A stretch of DNA of 64,000 bases, from positions 12,984 to 76,983 of IMG/VR virus record IMGVR_UViG_3300013285_000009; one strand, 5' to 3'. A program made the position numbers and the translations under genes. Below the pieces are notes generated by a model. It ran no database searches. It was not told where the DNA came from and saw nothing but the letters and a program-made list of their open reading frames with translations. The DNA comes from a virus. Taxonomy: Duplodnaviria; Heunggongvirae; Uroviricota; Caudoviricetes. Below are positions 1-9,310 of the stretch, one piece after another. Positions within the stretch are counted from its first letter, which is position 1; every line of letters begins with the position of its first letter.

Positions 1-66
1 CATGCTATTCAATCTTCTTCAGAGGAAGAAGTAGTTCCTCGTCGTACTAACTCACTCGAACGGGTT

Positions 67-2073
67 ATGAATCGTAGTGTAACTCAAGTATTATTTACTG
101 GTCGCCGACAAGTAACGACCGCAGACTTGTACCTAAGCATTGCATCTGAAAGCAACTCACACGCTCACTATTTCATGTTGAAATTCGGTATTAACAAGAC
201 CGAGTTCATTCAGCACTGGCAGAAAACGTACAAGGGTAATGAGGCAGTAACTCGTATATCTGAAAGTCAAGCAGAAGAAATTCTGGAAGAGTACACTGTT
301 AATCTGACTGAATTGGCACGTTCAGGTAAGCTTGAGCCGATGATCGGTCGTAGCAAAGAAATGGACGATATCGTTAACGTTCTAGCTAAACGATTCAAGT
401 CTAACGTATTGATGGTAGGTGATCCTGGTGTGGGTAAGACTGCTATTGCAGAAGGCTTGGCTCAAGCAATCGTTGATAAGACTATCCCTGCTTTCTTGTA
501 TGGTCACGAACTATACTCATTAGAAATTGGCAGCTTGCTTGCAGGTTCTAAGTATCGCGGTGACTTTGAAGAAAAAGTTAAGTCAGTATTAGAAGCATTG
601 AACACCAAGAAAAAGTCTATCTTGTTCATTGACGAAGCACATACTATGCAAGGCGCAGGTGGCTCTTCTACTGGATCAGTTGACTTTGCAAACATGATTA
701 AGCCTGCTATCACTAAAGGAACATTGAAAGTCATCGCAAGTACTACTTGGGAAGAGTTCTATGAATCATTCGAAAAGGATCGTGCATTGATGCGTCGATT
801 CTATCGTGTTGCAGTTGATGAGCCTTCGAATGAAGCTACTATTCATATCCTCAACGGACTGAGTAATAGATTAAGTGACTTCCATGAAGTCGAAATCACA
901 GAAGATGCAGTTATTGCAGCAGTTGATTCAGCAGCCCGCTATATCCATGATCGTAAGAATCCTGATAAGTCTATCGACTTGTTGGATGCAGCTTGTGCTA
1001 AGCAACGAGTTGATGGTAACGCGGGTGCGGTCATCACAAAAGAAATGATTCATGATCAAGTGGAACGTATGACAGGTGTACCTGCTGATAAGCTTAACGG
1101 TGATAACTATGATAGAATTTCCACATTGGAAATGAATGTCAAGGGTAAACTATACGGTCAGGATGCAACAGTCGAAAAAGTGCTTGAGCGTATCTATGTC
1201 AGTTTTGCAGGTATTGGTAATGAAACAAAGCCGACTGCTAGTTTCATCTTCTTAGGCCCAACTGGTACCGGTAAAACTGAATTAGCCAAGTTGTTGTCTA
1301 AGAATCTTGATATGCCATTGCTAAAGTATGATATGTCAGAATACGGTGAAAAGCATAGTGTATCGAGTTTAATCGGACCTCCTCCTGGCTACATCGGCTT
1401 CGGCGATAGTCAAGTTGGTGGCGGACGGCTTATCAGCGACTTGTCTAAAAATCCTCACTCAATTTTATTGTTTGACGAAGTTGAAAAGGCTCACCCTGAT
1501 GTGTTCAACATTTTCTTGCAATTGCTTGATGAAGGTCGGGTAACTGGTTCTAACGGTAAATCTGTTAGCTGCAAAAACTGTATCATTATCTTGACAAGTA
1601 ACTTAGGTTCAGCAGATAGTGAACGTAGTAATATCGGTTTTGGTAGTCAAGAAAAGACTGGTGAAGATGAAAAGGCATTGAAAGAATTCTTCAAGCCTGA
1701 ATTCAGAAACCGTATTGACTTGATTTGCAAGTTCTCCAAATTGGATATGCTAGCTATTAAGAAAATTGTTATTAAGTTCGCCGAAGACTTGAAGAAGAGT
1801 CTGTTGGACAAGCACAATATTTCATTGAATCTATCTGAGCCGGTAGTAGAATTCTTAGCTGAACAGGGGTATGATCCTAAGATGGGCGCACGTCCTCTAG
1901 CACGTAAGATTGATGAATTGATTCGTGTCCCTCTCAGCAAAAAAGTTTTGTTTGAGCGTATCAAGAATGCAACAATTGGTGCGGTAATGGTAGACGGCGC
2001 GATTTCATTCAATATCGTGCAAAAAGCGGCTGCAAGAATCGGAGATGACGGTGTCATTACCCTTGAAAGTTGA
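67..2073 (+). CDS. ClpA/ClpB-family AAA+ chaperone ATPase with two nucleotide-binding modules
   Basis: 668 aa; Walker A GDPGVGKT (D1) and GPTGTGKT (D2); Walker B LFIDEAH and LLFDEVEKAH; Clp_N-like N-terminal repeats. Confidence 0.8.
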   Translation: MNRSVTQVLFTGRRQVTTADLYLSIASESNSHAHYFMLKFGINKTEFIQHWQKTYKGNEAVTRISESQAEEILEEYTVNLTELARSGKLEPMIGRSKEMDDIVNVLAKRFKSNVLMVGDPGVGKTAIAEGLAQAIVDKTIPAFLYGHELYSLEIGSLLAGSKYRGDFEEKVKSVLEALNTKKKSILFIDEAHTMQGAGGSSTGSVDFANMIKPAITKGTLKVIASTTWEEFYESFEKDRALMRRFYRVAVDEPSNEATIHILNGLSNRLSDFHEVEITEDAVIAAVDSAARYIHDRKNPDKSIDLLDAACAKQRVDGNAGAVITKEMIHDQVERMTGVPADKLNGDNYDRISTLEMNVKGKLYGQDATVEKVLERIYVSFAGIGNETKPTASFIFLGPTGTGKTELAKLLSKNLDMPLLKYDMSEYGEKHSVSSLIGPPPGYIGFGDSQVGGGRLISDLSKNPHSILLFDEVEKAHPDVFNIFLQLLDEGRVTGSNGKSVSCKNCIIILTSNLGSADSERSNIGFGSQEKTGEDEKALKEFFKPEFRNRIDLICKFSKLDMLAIKKIVIKFAEDLKKSLLDKHNISLNLSEPVVEFLAEQGYDPKMGARPLARKIDELIRVPLSKKVLFERIKNATIGAVMVDGAISFNIVQKAAARIGDDGVITLES

Positions 2074-2785
2074 GATAGATCCCAGGGGAGAATTGTACTA
2101 CAATAAGTACAAGTATCGGGTACGGTTCACTTTACGCGGGGTGAACCGTACCTATCATACACGAACCTTTACTAGTTTTCTTAAAAAACTAGATCAAATT
2201 TTGACGGCAACGGAATCAACTTCAGTATGGGATTCGTCCTATCAACGACAAAACAAGACTGATATTTTGTCATATGATATGGACAGTCTTGAGAGATTTT
2301 TTATATGGCAGACTGTCCGGTCACAAGACAAGGTTGATAAGAACTTTCGATTACGAATTGAGGGTAATACCTGCGGAGTATTTAGTAACGACTTGGCATT
2401 ATTACAGACAGTCGAAGCTATTGATCCTACTGCGGTAGTTACATATTCTCAGATTGATATATCGATTCCACTAGGTATAAAGTACTTCCTGAAAGAGCCG
2501 AAGAATAAGTACCGGGTGTACTTAAAGTCAAAGACTATTTCAGATATATTGCACCGGGATATAAAGGATTTTATAGATCGCTATTCTGCATCTACTTCTA
2601 CCACAGTGGTTGTCCCCTCCGGTTCTCTTGTAAATTGGTTAACCACACCGAGTACTTGGCGGCGCCGCTACTGCTATTCAACTTACTTTATTGACTATGA
2701 CGAAGAAACAACATTCACATTAATGTCGTTATTTTTTGGTGAGTTGATCAAGACAAAATTCAAGCTAGAAAAACGTCCCGCATAA
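2045..2785 (+). CDS. hypothetical protein
   Basis: 246 aa ORF on the coding strand; short overlap with upstream gene; no recognisable motif. Confidence 0.35.
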   Translation: MTVSLPLKVEIDPRGELYYNKYKYRVRFTLRGVNRTYHTRTFTSFLKKLDQILTATESTSVWDSSYQRQNKTDILSYDMDSLERFFIWQTVRSQDKVDKNFRLRIEGNTCGVFSNDLALLQTVEAIDPTAVVTYSQIDISIPLGIKYFLKEPKNKYRVYLKSKTISDILHRDIKDFIDRYSASTSTTVVVPSGSLVNWLTTPSTWRRRYCYSTYFIDYDEETTFTLMSLFFGELIKTKFKLEKRPA

Positions 2786-2824
2786 GATTGTAAATGATAA
2801 ATACTCTATAATGGAGCATTTATC

Positions 2825-2992
2825 ATGGCACAAATAGTAGAAGACGTAATCGTAATTAAATTCAGTAAGATCGTTAAGAACGGTGAAGCGGAAGACGCGG
2901 GTATTGCAAATAGCGATATCCTTGCCGCTTTGGAACAAGTAGCCCAGGAATTAGTCGGTGGTTCAGTTGTAGTTGAGGTGGAACGAGCATAA
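2825..2992 (+). CDS. small hypothetical protein (55 aa)
   Basis: ATG ORF filling the gap before the 2994 gene; below the ORF-track cutoff. Confidence 0.2.
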   Translation: MAQIVEDVIVIKFSKIVKNGEAEDAGIANSDILAALEQVAQELVGGSVVVEVERA

Positions 2993-2993
2993 C

Positions 2994-3362
2994 ATGTCAC
3001 AGTCTACTACCTTAATCTTATTGCCACAGACTGCATATGACGGTGGCGCAAACAGTGCAGTTTATACTGTTATCGGCAACTCACAACCAGCAGCCGGATA
3101 TTATATAGGTAATAGAGACTTGCAAACAGTCAACATTAAACTTTCTAACGTTACCGGTAACATCATCATTGAAGCAAGTCTTGCTACTACTCCGCAAGCT
3201 GCGGACTGGTTTAGTGTTTATGAATTGCAAGCAAATAACAATTCAAACGTAAATTCAAATGCTTCTATCTATACAAATGTTGTAGGTAATTTTGTTCACA
3301 TACGAGCAAAGATACAGGATTTTGATAATGGTATTGTTAACTTCGTAAAGTTATCTTACTAA
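2994..3362 (+). CDS. hypothetical protein
   Basis: in-frame ATG (MSQSTT..) 1 nt after the upstream stop; ORF track's 2973 start lies inside the upstream ORF. Confidence 0.4.
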   Translation: MSQSTTLILLPQTAYDGGANSAVYTVIGNSQPAAGYYIGNRDLQTVNIKLSNVTGNIIIEASLATTPQAADWFSVYELQANNNSNVNSNASIYTNVVGNFVHIRAKIQDFDNGIVNFVKLSY

Positions 3363-3363
3363 A

Positions 3364-4641
3364 ATGAAAACAATTGTAATAATGCCCGGTGGCTTTCACC
3401 CATTTCATGCAGGTCATGCTGCACTATATCAAAGTGCTGTAAAAGCATTTCCTGGTGCTGATGTATACGTGGCTGCAACTAACGATACGAAAACAAGACC
3501 CTTCCCCTTTGCTATTAAAGAAAAGTTAGCTAAGCTAGCAGGTGTGGCACCTGGTCACTTCATTCAAGTTAAGAGTCCCTTCAAGGCAGAAGAAATCACT
3601 AGTCATTACAATCCTGATGAAGATGTGTTGATCTTTGTTCGTAGTGAGAAAGATAGAACAGAACAGCCTAAACCAGGTGGAATAAAGAAAGACGGCACCC
3701 CGGCTTACTTTCAGCCATACACCGGTAAAGGTATGCAATCGTTTAATAAACATGCATACATGGCTTATCTACCTACTGTAGAGTTTGGTCCTGGCATTAA
3801 AAGCGCAACAGAGATTCGCAATGCTTGGCCCACACTAGATGAACGCCGCAAGACAGCATTAGTTATGAGTTTATATCCAGTAACACAGAAGAATCCTAAG
3901 CTAGCTGCTAACGTAGTTAAGATGTTAGACATGGGCATGGGCGACGGCGGCGATGTTGTGGCAGAAGGTGCAGAAGAAGCATTGCAGTATGCTACTCAAG
4001 CACATGCCGGACAAACTAGATCCGGTGGTGAACCATATATTACCCATCCAATGCGTGTTGCTGATTCTATTAAACAATATAAGCAGTCACATAACCTAGA
4101 TGCTATTATTAGTGCTGCATTATTGCACGATACAGTTGAAGACACTGATACCACACATGAAGCATTACATGATCTGTTTGGTGGATTAGTTGCGTCATTG
4201 GTACAAGAACTTACTAGCAATCCTGAAGAAATCAAACGAGTGGGCAAGGCGGCTTACCTAGCACACAAAATGGCTGCAATGAGTAGCTATGCACTTGTGA
4301 TTAAACTTGCTGATAGATTGGATAATGTACAAGATATTGCAACTGCTAAGACTCCGCAGTGGAGAGCTAAGTATGCAGCAGAAACTAATCAAATTTTAAA
4401 CTACATTGAAAAAACTCGCGCATTGACCGGAACACATAGCAAATTGATTAGTTTGATTCGCGCCAAGTTGGCAGAAATTGATCATCCGCAGCAGGATGTG
4501 GCCGAGAATCTTGGATTAAACTATCCGGGTACATATGAACAAGAGCATGGTTCTGCAAATAATAAATCTTCTCGACACATAGTAAATATGACTACCGAAA
4601 GCAATGTAACCGAAAGTACTGATTATCTGTCGGAAAAATAA
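3364..4641 (+). CDS. fusion protein: N-terminal NMNAT/cytidylyltransferase-like (HxGH) domain plus C-terminal RelA/SpoT-type HD (p)ppGpp-hydrolase domain
   Basis: N-terminus MPGGFHPFHAGH resembles the NadM/NatV motif FQPFHTAH at 53207-54226; C-terminus has HAGQTRSGGEPYITHP, AALLHDTVEDT and KLADRLDN, the SpoT/Mesh1 hydrolase signature. Confidence 0.7.
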   Translation: MKTIVIMPGGFHPFHAGHAALYQSAVKAFPGADVYVAATNDTKTRPFPFAIKEKLAKLAGVAPGHFIQVKSPFKAEEITSHYNPDEDVLIFVRSEKDRTEQPKPGGIKKDGTPAYFQPYTGKGMQSFNKHAYMAYLPTVEFGPGIKSATEIRNAWPTLDERRKTALVMSLYPVTQKNPKLAANVVKMLDMGMGDGGDVVAEGAEEALQYATQAHAGQTRSGGEPYITHPMRVADSIKQYKQSHNLDAIISAALLHDTVEDTDTTHEALHDLFGGLVASLVQELTSNPEEIKRVGKAAYLAHKMAAMSSYALVIKLADRLDNVQDIATAKTPQWRAKYAAETNQILNYIEKTRALTGTHSKLISLIRAKLAEIDHPQQDVAENLGLNYPGTYEQEHGSANNKSSRHIVNMTTESNVTESTDYLSEK

Positions 4642-4695
4642 TTTGACGAGCTCCTCGTGATGTAAATAATTATATCATTAACACACAAGGATAAC

Positions 4696-5592
4696 ATGAC
4701 AAAGAAAACTCAAGAACCTAAAACTGTCCCGGTTGAAAAGGTTATCGAAATCGCTGAACAAGCGGCTGCTGAATCACAAACTCCACAAGCACCCCCTGCC
4801 CCAGGTACTGTTCAAGTGAATGTTGATTTCTTAAAGACTACTCGCGTACACATTGCAATGCCATGTTACGGTGGTATGCTTACTGAATCAACATTCATGA
4901 GCTTTATCAAATGGGCTAATACAGCACGTCAATTAGGTATCGATTGGACATTAGAAACAATGGTCAACGAAAGTCTTATTTCCCGCGCACGTAATACATT
5001 AACAGCTAAGTTCTTAGATATGCCTGATGCAACGCATTTGTTTTTCGTTGACGCAGACATTGGTTGGGAGCCATGGCACTTGTTAGTATTGCTAAACCGT
5101 GACGTTGACGTTATCGGTGGATTGTACCCAATGAAGACTATGCCAATCAAGTGGGTCGTCAATGGATTTGAGGGCGCAGAAGAAGGCCCTGATCAATTGC
5201 AAGAAGTCTCCAAAGCAGGCACCGGTTTCTTATTGATGAAGAAACATGTATTTGAAAAGTTGAAATCTCACCCTGCAGTTAAGCAATACAAGAATGATAT
5301 CGGACTTGATCCTAAGTTCGACCAACACTTGAAAACATACTTTGACACAGCAGTTCGTCAAGGCCGTTACTACAGTGAAGATTGGACATTCTGCGAAAAC
5401 TGGCGCGATATCGGTGGTCGTATTTGGATGGACAAACGAGTTCTGTTACGTCATACCGGTACATATACATTCTGTATGGAAAATCAAGAACATTTGATGA
5501 ACACAATCGGACCTATGTACGTTGAGCAGCAAGCTGCATTGGCAGCTGCTTCGGCTCCAGGTGCCGAAGGTAATGTTACTTTGACAACCTAA
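4696..5592 (+). CDS. hypothetical protein; possible GT-A type glycosyltransferase
   Basis: 298 aa; DxD-like FFVDADIGW segment; Ala/Pro-rich N-terminus; weak similarity only. Confidence 0.3.
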   Translation: MTKKTQEPKTVPVEKVIEIAEQAAAESQTPQAPPAPGTVQVNVDFLKTTRVHIAMPCYGGMLTESTFMSFIKWANTARQLGIDWTLETMVNESLISRARNTLTAKFLDMPDATHLFFVDADIGWEPWHLLVLLNRDVDVIGGLYPMKTMPIKWVVNGFEGAEEGPDQLQEVSKAGTGFLLMKKHVFEKLKSHPAVKQYKNDIGLDPKFDQHLKTYFDTAVRQGRYYSEDWTFCENWRDIGGRIWMDKRVLLRHTGTYTFCMENQEHLMNTIGPMYVEQQAALAAASAPGAEGNVTLTT

Positions 5593-5606
5593 ATAGTACT
5601 ATATAT

Positions 5607-5633
5607 AAAAAGCTGCTTCGGCAGCTTTTTTGT
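5607..5633 (+). terminator. rho-independent terminator
   Basis: AAAAAGCTGC-TTCG-GCAGCTTTTTTGTT hairpin plus U-run directly after the 4696-5592 gene. Confidence 0.7.
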
Positions 5634-5672
5634 TGGGTTTTTATAACTACAGCATAACACGATAAATACACT

Positions 5673-6911
5673 ATGAACTCCAAAGAATTAAACTCGTTTA
5701 GACTATCAGATGCTGTGACTTTTCATGATGAATTAAACCCTAAACTATTTCGTGGACAGAATCTTCAACCTAATATTGATAAGCAACTAATTGAAATTGC
5801 CAATGACTTTTTAGAAGAATTGGGAATTGACGGATTGAAAGTAGAAGATATAACCATCTCCGGTAGTAACGCAGCTTACAGCTATACAGATCATAGTGAT
5901 TTGGATTTGCACATTCTAGTTGATATGTCCAAGCTACCAAACGATGAAGTATACTGTGAATTGTTTGATGCTAAGAAAACGATTTACAATGAAAATCATG
6001 ACATCTTTTTAAACAAAATCCCGGTAGAATTGTACATACAAGATACAAATGACCCGGTAACTAGTGTCGGTGAGTACAGTGTATTGCACAACAAATGGAT
6101 TAAAATTCCATCAAAACGTCGAGCAAATTTTGATCAGAATGCATCAAGTGCCAAGTACGAAAAGCTTGATAAACTAATTAAATTAGGTTTAAAATCAAAT
6201 GACTTGAAGAAAGTCATTACTCTGATAAAAACACTGCATCGTTATAGACAAGCAGGATTAGATAAAGGTGGTGAGTTTTCTCCTGAGAATTTAGTTTACA
6301 AAGCGTTACGAACTCACGGATTGATCACTAAGTTATATGATCTTAGGAACAAGTTACACAGCAAGCGATTGAGTATTGAGGGTCAATACTCGCAACTTAG
6401 TGAGACAAGGTCATCTCTTCCTGAAGTATTATACCATGTAACTCCGGCAAAAAATCTAAGAAGTATTATGCGTCAAGGACTTGTACCCGGCATAGGTGGA
6501 AGATCATCTCAAGTATACGGTGAACAATCCGGCATTTACTGTTTTCCTAGTAAAGAAGATGTTGAAAATGCGCTAATGAATTGGTTGGGCGATCAGTTTG
6601 ATGAAGACGAACAGTTAGCATTACTTGCCATTGATTCTACTGGTCTGAGTGGTGCTTATACTCCCGGTGCAGAATATGAAGTAGTAATCACCTCATCAAT
6701 TCCAGTAGGTAATATAAGAGTCGAATCAAAAGATATCGACACTATTTTTGAGTGTGCCAGCGGGTACATTCCAAGTAACGCAGAAAAGAACGATCCTAGA
6801 TTTGTTAAAGCGTTATCAATAGATGTTAATCCGTATACTATGCAGAAAAATGCCAAGAAATTCGGTTGGAAAATATCACGAGCCGGCATTCCGCCCCTAC
6901 TACGCTCATAG
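5673..6911 (+). CDS. Pol-beta-type nucleotidyltransferase fused to a C-terminal ART-fold (Tpt1/KptA- or DarT-like) domain
   Basis: N-terminus ISGSNAAYSYTDHSDLDLHILVD (GS..D.D NTase motif); C-terminus LYHVTPAKNLRSIMRQGLVPG..IYCFPS resembles the LYH[GF]T..L.SI...GL opening of Tpt1/KptA and DarT. Confidence 0.5.
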   Translation: MNSKELNSFRLSDAVTFHDELNPKLFRGQNLQPNIDKQLIEIANDFLEELGIDGLKVEDITISGSNAAYSYTDHSDLDLHILVDMSKLPNDEVYCELFDAKKTIYNENHDIFLNKIPVELYIQDTNDPVTSVGEYSVLHNKWIKIPSKRRANFDQNASSAKYEKLDKLIKLGLKSNDLKKVITLIKTLHRYRQAGLDKGGEFSPENLVYKALRTHGLITKLYDLRNKLHSKRLSIEGQYSQLSETRSSLPEVLYHVTPAKNLRSIMRQGLVPGIGGRSSQVYGEQSGIYCFPSKEDVENALMNWLGDQFDEDEQLALLAIDSTGLSGAYTPGAEYEVVITSSIPVGNIRVESKDIDTIFECASGYIPSNAEKNDPRFVKALSIDVNPYTMQKNAKKFGWKISRAGIPPLLRS

Positions 6912-6945
6912 TGATAAATAATATATCTAGACGGAATAACTCAAA

Positions 6946-8208
6946 ATGAAAATATCACAACTATTAGAAACAGATGCAGGGACCACATCATCAGGCTCAG
7001 TTGCCCCTGTATCGCAAGTACTATCCACTACGCAAAAAAGAACTAATCCAAGTATTTATAAAGGTGATAAAGTTGGAAGTTTGTTTAAAGGCAAGCAAAC
7101 AGATAAGCCATTTGCTAATAGTATCAGTGAAGGTATTGAGCAAGGTGTAGCGGAGGGCTCCAGTGAGATTAAGATTCCAACAGAAGATGGTATCACTATG
7201 CAGGATATTCGCTTGATGGCAGGCGAAGGTAAACTAACTAGAAAAACAGTACTACAAGCGATTGATATCATTCGCAAACAGCGTAAAGAGCAAGGTGTAG
7301 AAGAATCTACTGAGCAAGGCCAAAAGCCAACAACTTGGTACAAAGACAATAAGCCATTCTCGCTAACACGAGATGGCTCAAACTTTCATCTAGTGGACCA
7401 ATCAGGAAACATAGTCAGAAATTTAAGAATCCCCCCTCGTTATATTCCTATGAATTTGGAAGACGAGGGCTATAAAATGAGTAATACAGGTCGCGAGTAC
7501 TACAAGAATCCAAATTGGTTCAAACTTGACGAAACAAGTGAAGATGAATTAGATGAAAAGGCAGTAAGCAAGCAACAACAGAAATTCTTCGGTATGGCAC
7601 ATGCTATGCAACAGGGTAAGAAAATCAAGGGTGCTAGTCCGGAGCTAAAGAACGTTGCAAAGACAATGAGCAAGCAAGATGTTAAAGACTTTGCTTCAAC
7701 CAAGCAAAAAAGTCTACCTAAAACTGTCGAGGAATCAGAAATCAACGAAGAAGACGTGATCATGGTTCCGGGCAAAGGTCATAGATTAAATCCAGGGTTG
7801 CTACATAAGCCGGAAGTTTCTATCAACCCGACTGATACTGTTAAGGTAGATATTCCCCTTTTAATTAGACTATTGGAATACGCACGTGAAGATGCCACCG
7901 GCGATCTAGACTTGCATGACCTAGCAGAAAAACTAGTTGCACTGAGTGATCGAGGCCGCACTTTAACAATGCGTGACTATGAGCGTTTAGCTGACTCTAT
8001 GCCGAGCGCGACTGAAGTAGACGAGTCGGCAGGTGATACGGTTGCGAAGACATGGGATCAAATGACATCGAAAGAAAAGATTTCAGGCGTAAAGGGTCGT
8101 ACAGTGTGGAATGACAAGACTCGCAAGTACTATACCGTATTTGATATTCCGACTGGTGCTCAAGTTGAGAAATCCGATAGTGCTATCATGTCCGGTTTGA
8201 CTAAATAA
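6946..8208 (+). CDS. hypothetical Lys/Glu-rich protein
   Basis: 420 aa ORF; charged, low-complexity stretches. Confidence 0.4.
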   Translation: MKISQLLETDAGTTSSGSVAPVSQVLSTTQKRTNPSIYKGDKVGSLFKGKQTDKPFANSISEGIEQGVAEGSSEIKIPTEDGITMQDIRLMAGEGKLTRKTVLQAIDIIRKQRKEQGVEESTEQGQKPTTWYKDNKPFSLTRDGSNFHLVDQSGNIVRNLRIPPRYIPMNLEDEGYKMSNTGREYYKNPNWFKLDETSEDELDEKAVSKQQQKFFGMAHAMQQGKKIKGASPELKNVAKTMSKQDVKDFASTKQKSLPKTVEESEINEEDVIMVPGKGHRLNPGLLHKPEVSINPTDTVKVDIPLLIRLLEYAREDATGDLDLHDLAEKLVALSDRGRTLTMRDYERLADSMPSATEVDESAGDTVAKTWDQMTSKEKISGVKGRTVWNDKTRKYYTVFDIPTGAQVEKSDSAIMSGLTK

Positions 8209-8212
8209 TAAT

Positions 8213-8653
8213 ATGTTATCAGATAACTTAAAAATATTGCTTGCGACAACAAACGTATTGTCGATTAAAGCACAAAATTTTCACTGGAATGTTGAAGGAG
8301 ATAACTTTCCTCAGTACCACGCATTCTTTGATAGTTACTATACAGAAGTATATGCATCAGTTGACAGAGTTGCAGAGTATATACGCACTTTGGATTCCTA
8401 CGCACCAGGTAGCTTAACGCGATATGCAGAGTTAAGTGTGATTCAAGATCAAGTCAAGATACCTCGTGCTGAATTAATGTTTCAAGAATTATTTCAAGAC
8501 AATGCTACTATGATTGAATTACTAGATAGTGTATTTAAATCAGCAACTGAAGAAAACAAACAAGGTATTGCTAATTTCATTGCAGAGAGAATAGATGCTC
8601 ATAATAAGCACGCCTGGATGATAAGAAGTATACTTAAAAAAGAACGTGCATAG
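8213..8653 (+). CDS. dps: Dps-like ferritin (DNA protection during starvation family)
   Basis: KAQNFHWNVEGDNFPQYHAFFDSYY matches the Dps ferroxidase-site region (HWNV.G..F...H). Confidence 0.6.
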   Translation: MLSDNLKILLATTNVLSIKAQNFHWNVEGDNFPQYHAFFDSYYTEVYASVDRVAEYIRTLDSYAPGSLTRYAELSVIQDQVKIPRAELMFQELFQDNATMIELLDSVFKSATEENKQGIANFIAERIDAHNKHAWMIRSILKKERA

Positions 8654-8656
8654 TAT

Positions 8657-9079
8657 ATGAGCTATTGGCTAACTTATGTTAAACATAGCTATGAAGTTAT
8701 ATTGGAAGCCGAAGCAAAATTATGTATCAACTTGGAACATCATACCGAGGCATACATGGTGCATCTATTCGCACGATACTTAGATAAACCGTTATTGAAC
8801 TCAGAACCGATTTGTATTAGAATGATGCAAGGAATCAATCTACCAAAAAATCAAAAAAGAAATGCTCTGACTTCAATCGCAGAAGAATGTTTATTGATAA
8901 ATGGATTAGAGTTGGCAAAAAATAAGTGGCCTACCTCAACCTACTACTCAGAAATGGGAAGTATGGCGTTCGATCAAATCGCGTATGTTGATTCCCCGGT
9001 CGATAAATTTTATATCAGTTTAGCAAAAAACTTTAAGTTATTGAGCAAGGTGTTAAATACTTGTAGAGCACCACTATGA
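8657..9079 (+). CDS. hypothetical protein
   Basis: 140 aa ORF packed 3 nt after dps. Confidence 0.4.
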   Translation: MSYWLTYVKHSYEVILEAEAKLCINLEHHTEAYMVHLFARYLDKPLLNSEPICIRMMQGINLPKNQKRNALTSIAEECLLINGLELAKNKWPTSTYYSEMGSMAFDQIAYVDSPVDKFYISLAKNFKLLSKVLNTCRAPL

Positions 9080-9262
9080 AATCACGTAATAATGAATACC
9101 CGGTATATCCGGAAGAAGACGGGTATGACAGGTTTAAAAACCCATATAGCCCCGTATAAAAAGAACACACCTTAGGACCGTTTCATTACGGAATGTGTGG
9201 GCGGCTACTGCCCTGGACGGCCCAATTCGCTACTGGGAATCCAAAAGTGTAGCCCTTTTATA

Positions 9263-9310
9263 TAATAATTGATTGACATTAAATTCAATATTTGATATAA
9301 TCAATTATTA
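9263..9310 (+). promoter_or_regulatory. sigma70-like promoter (TTGACA 9273-9278, N17, TATAAT 9296-9301) embedded in an inverted repeat AATTGAT..ATCAATT
   Basis: family promoter copy; flanking dyad symmetry overlaps both hexamers. Confidence 0.55.

Noticed and set aside
1-66. Possible 3' end of an upstream plus-strand gene at the window start
   Set aside because: Too short to assess (66 nt); no motif; left unannotated.
504-2057. Minus-strand ORFs 504-734 and 1647-2057 inside the ClpA-like gene
   Set aside because: Antisense to a well-supported 668-aa gene with intact motifs; no start context; typical shadow ORFs.
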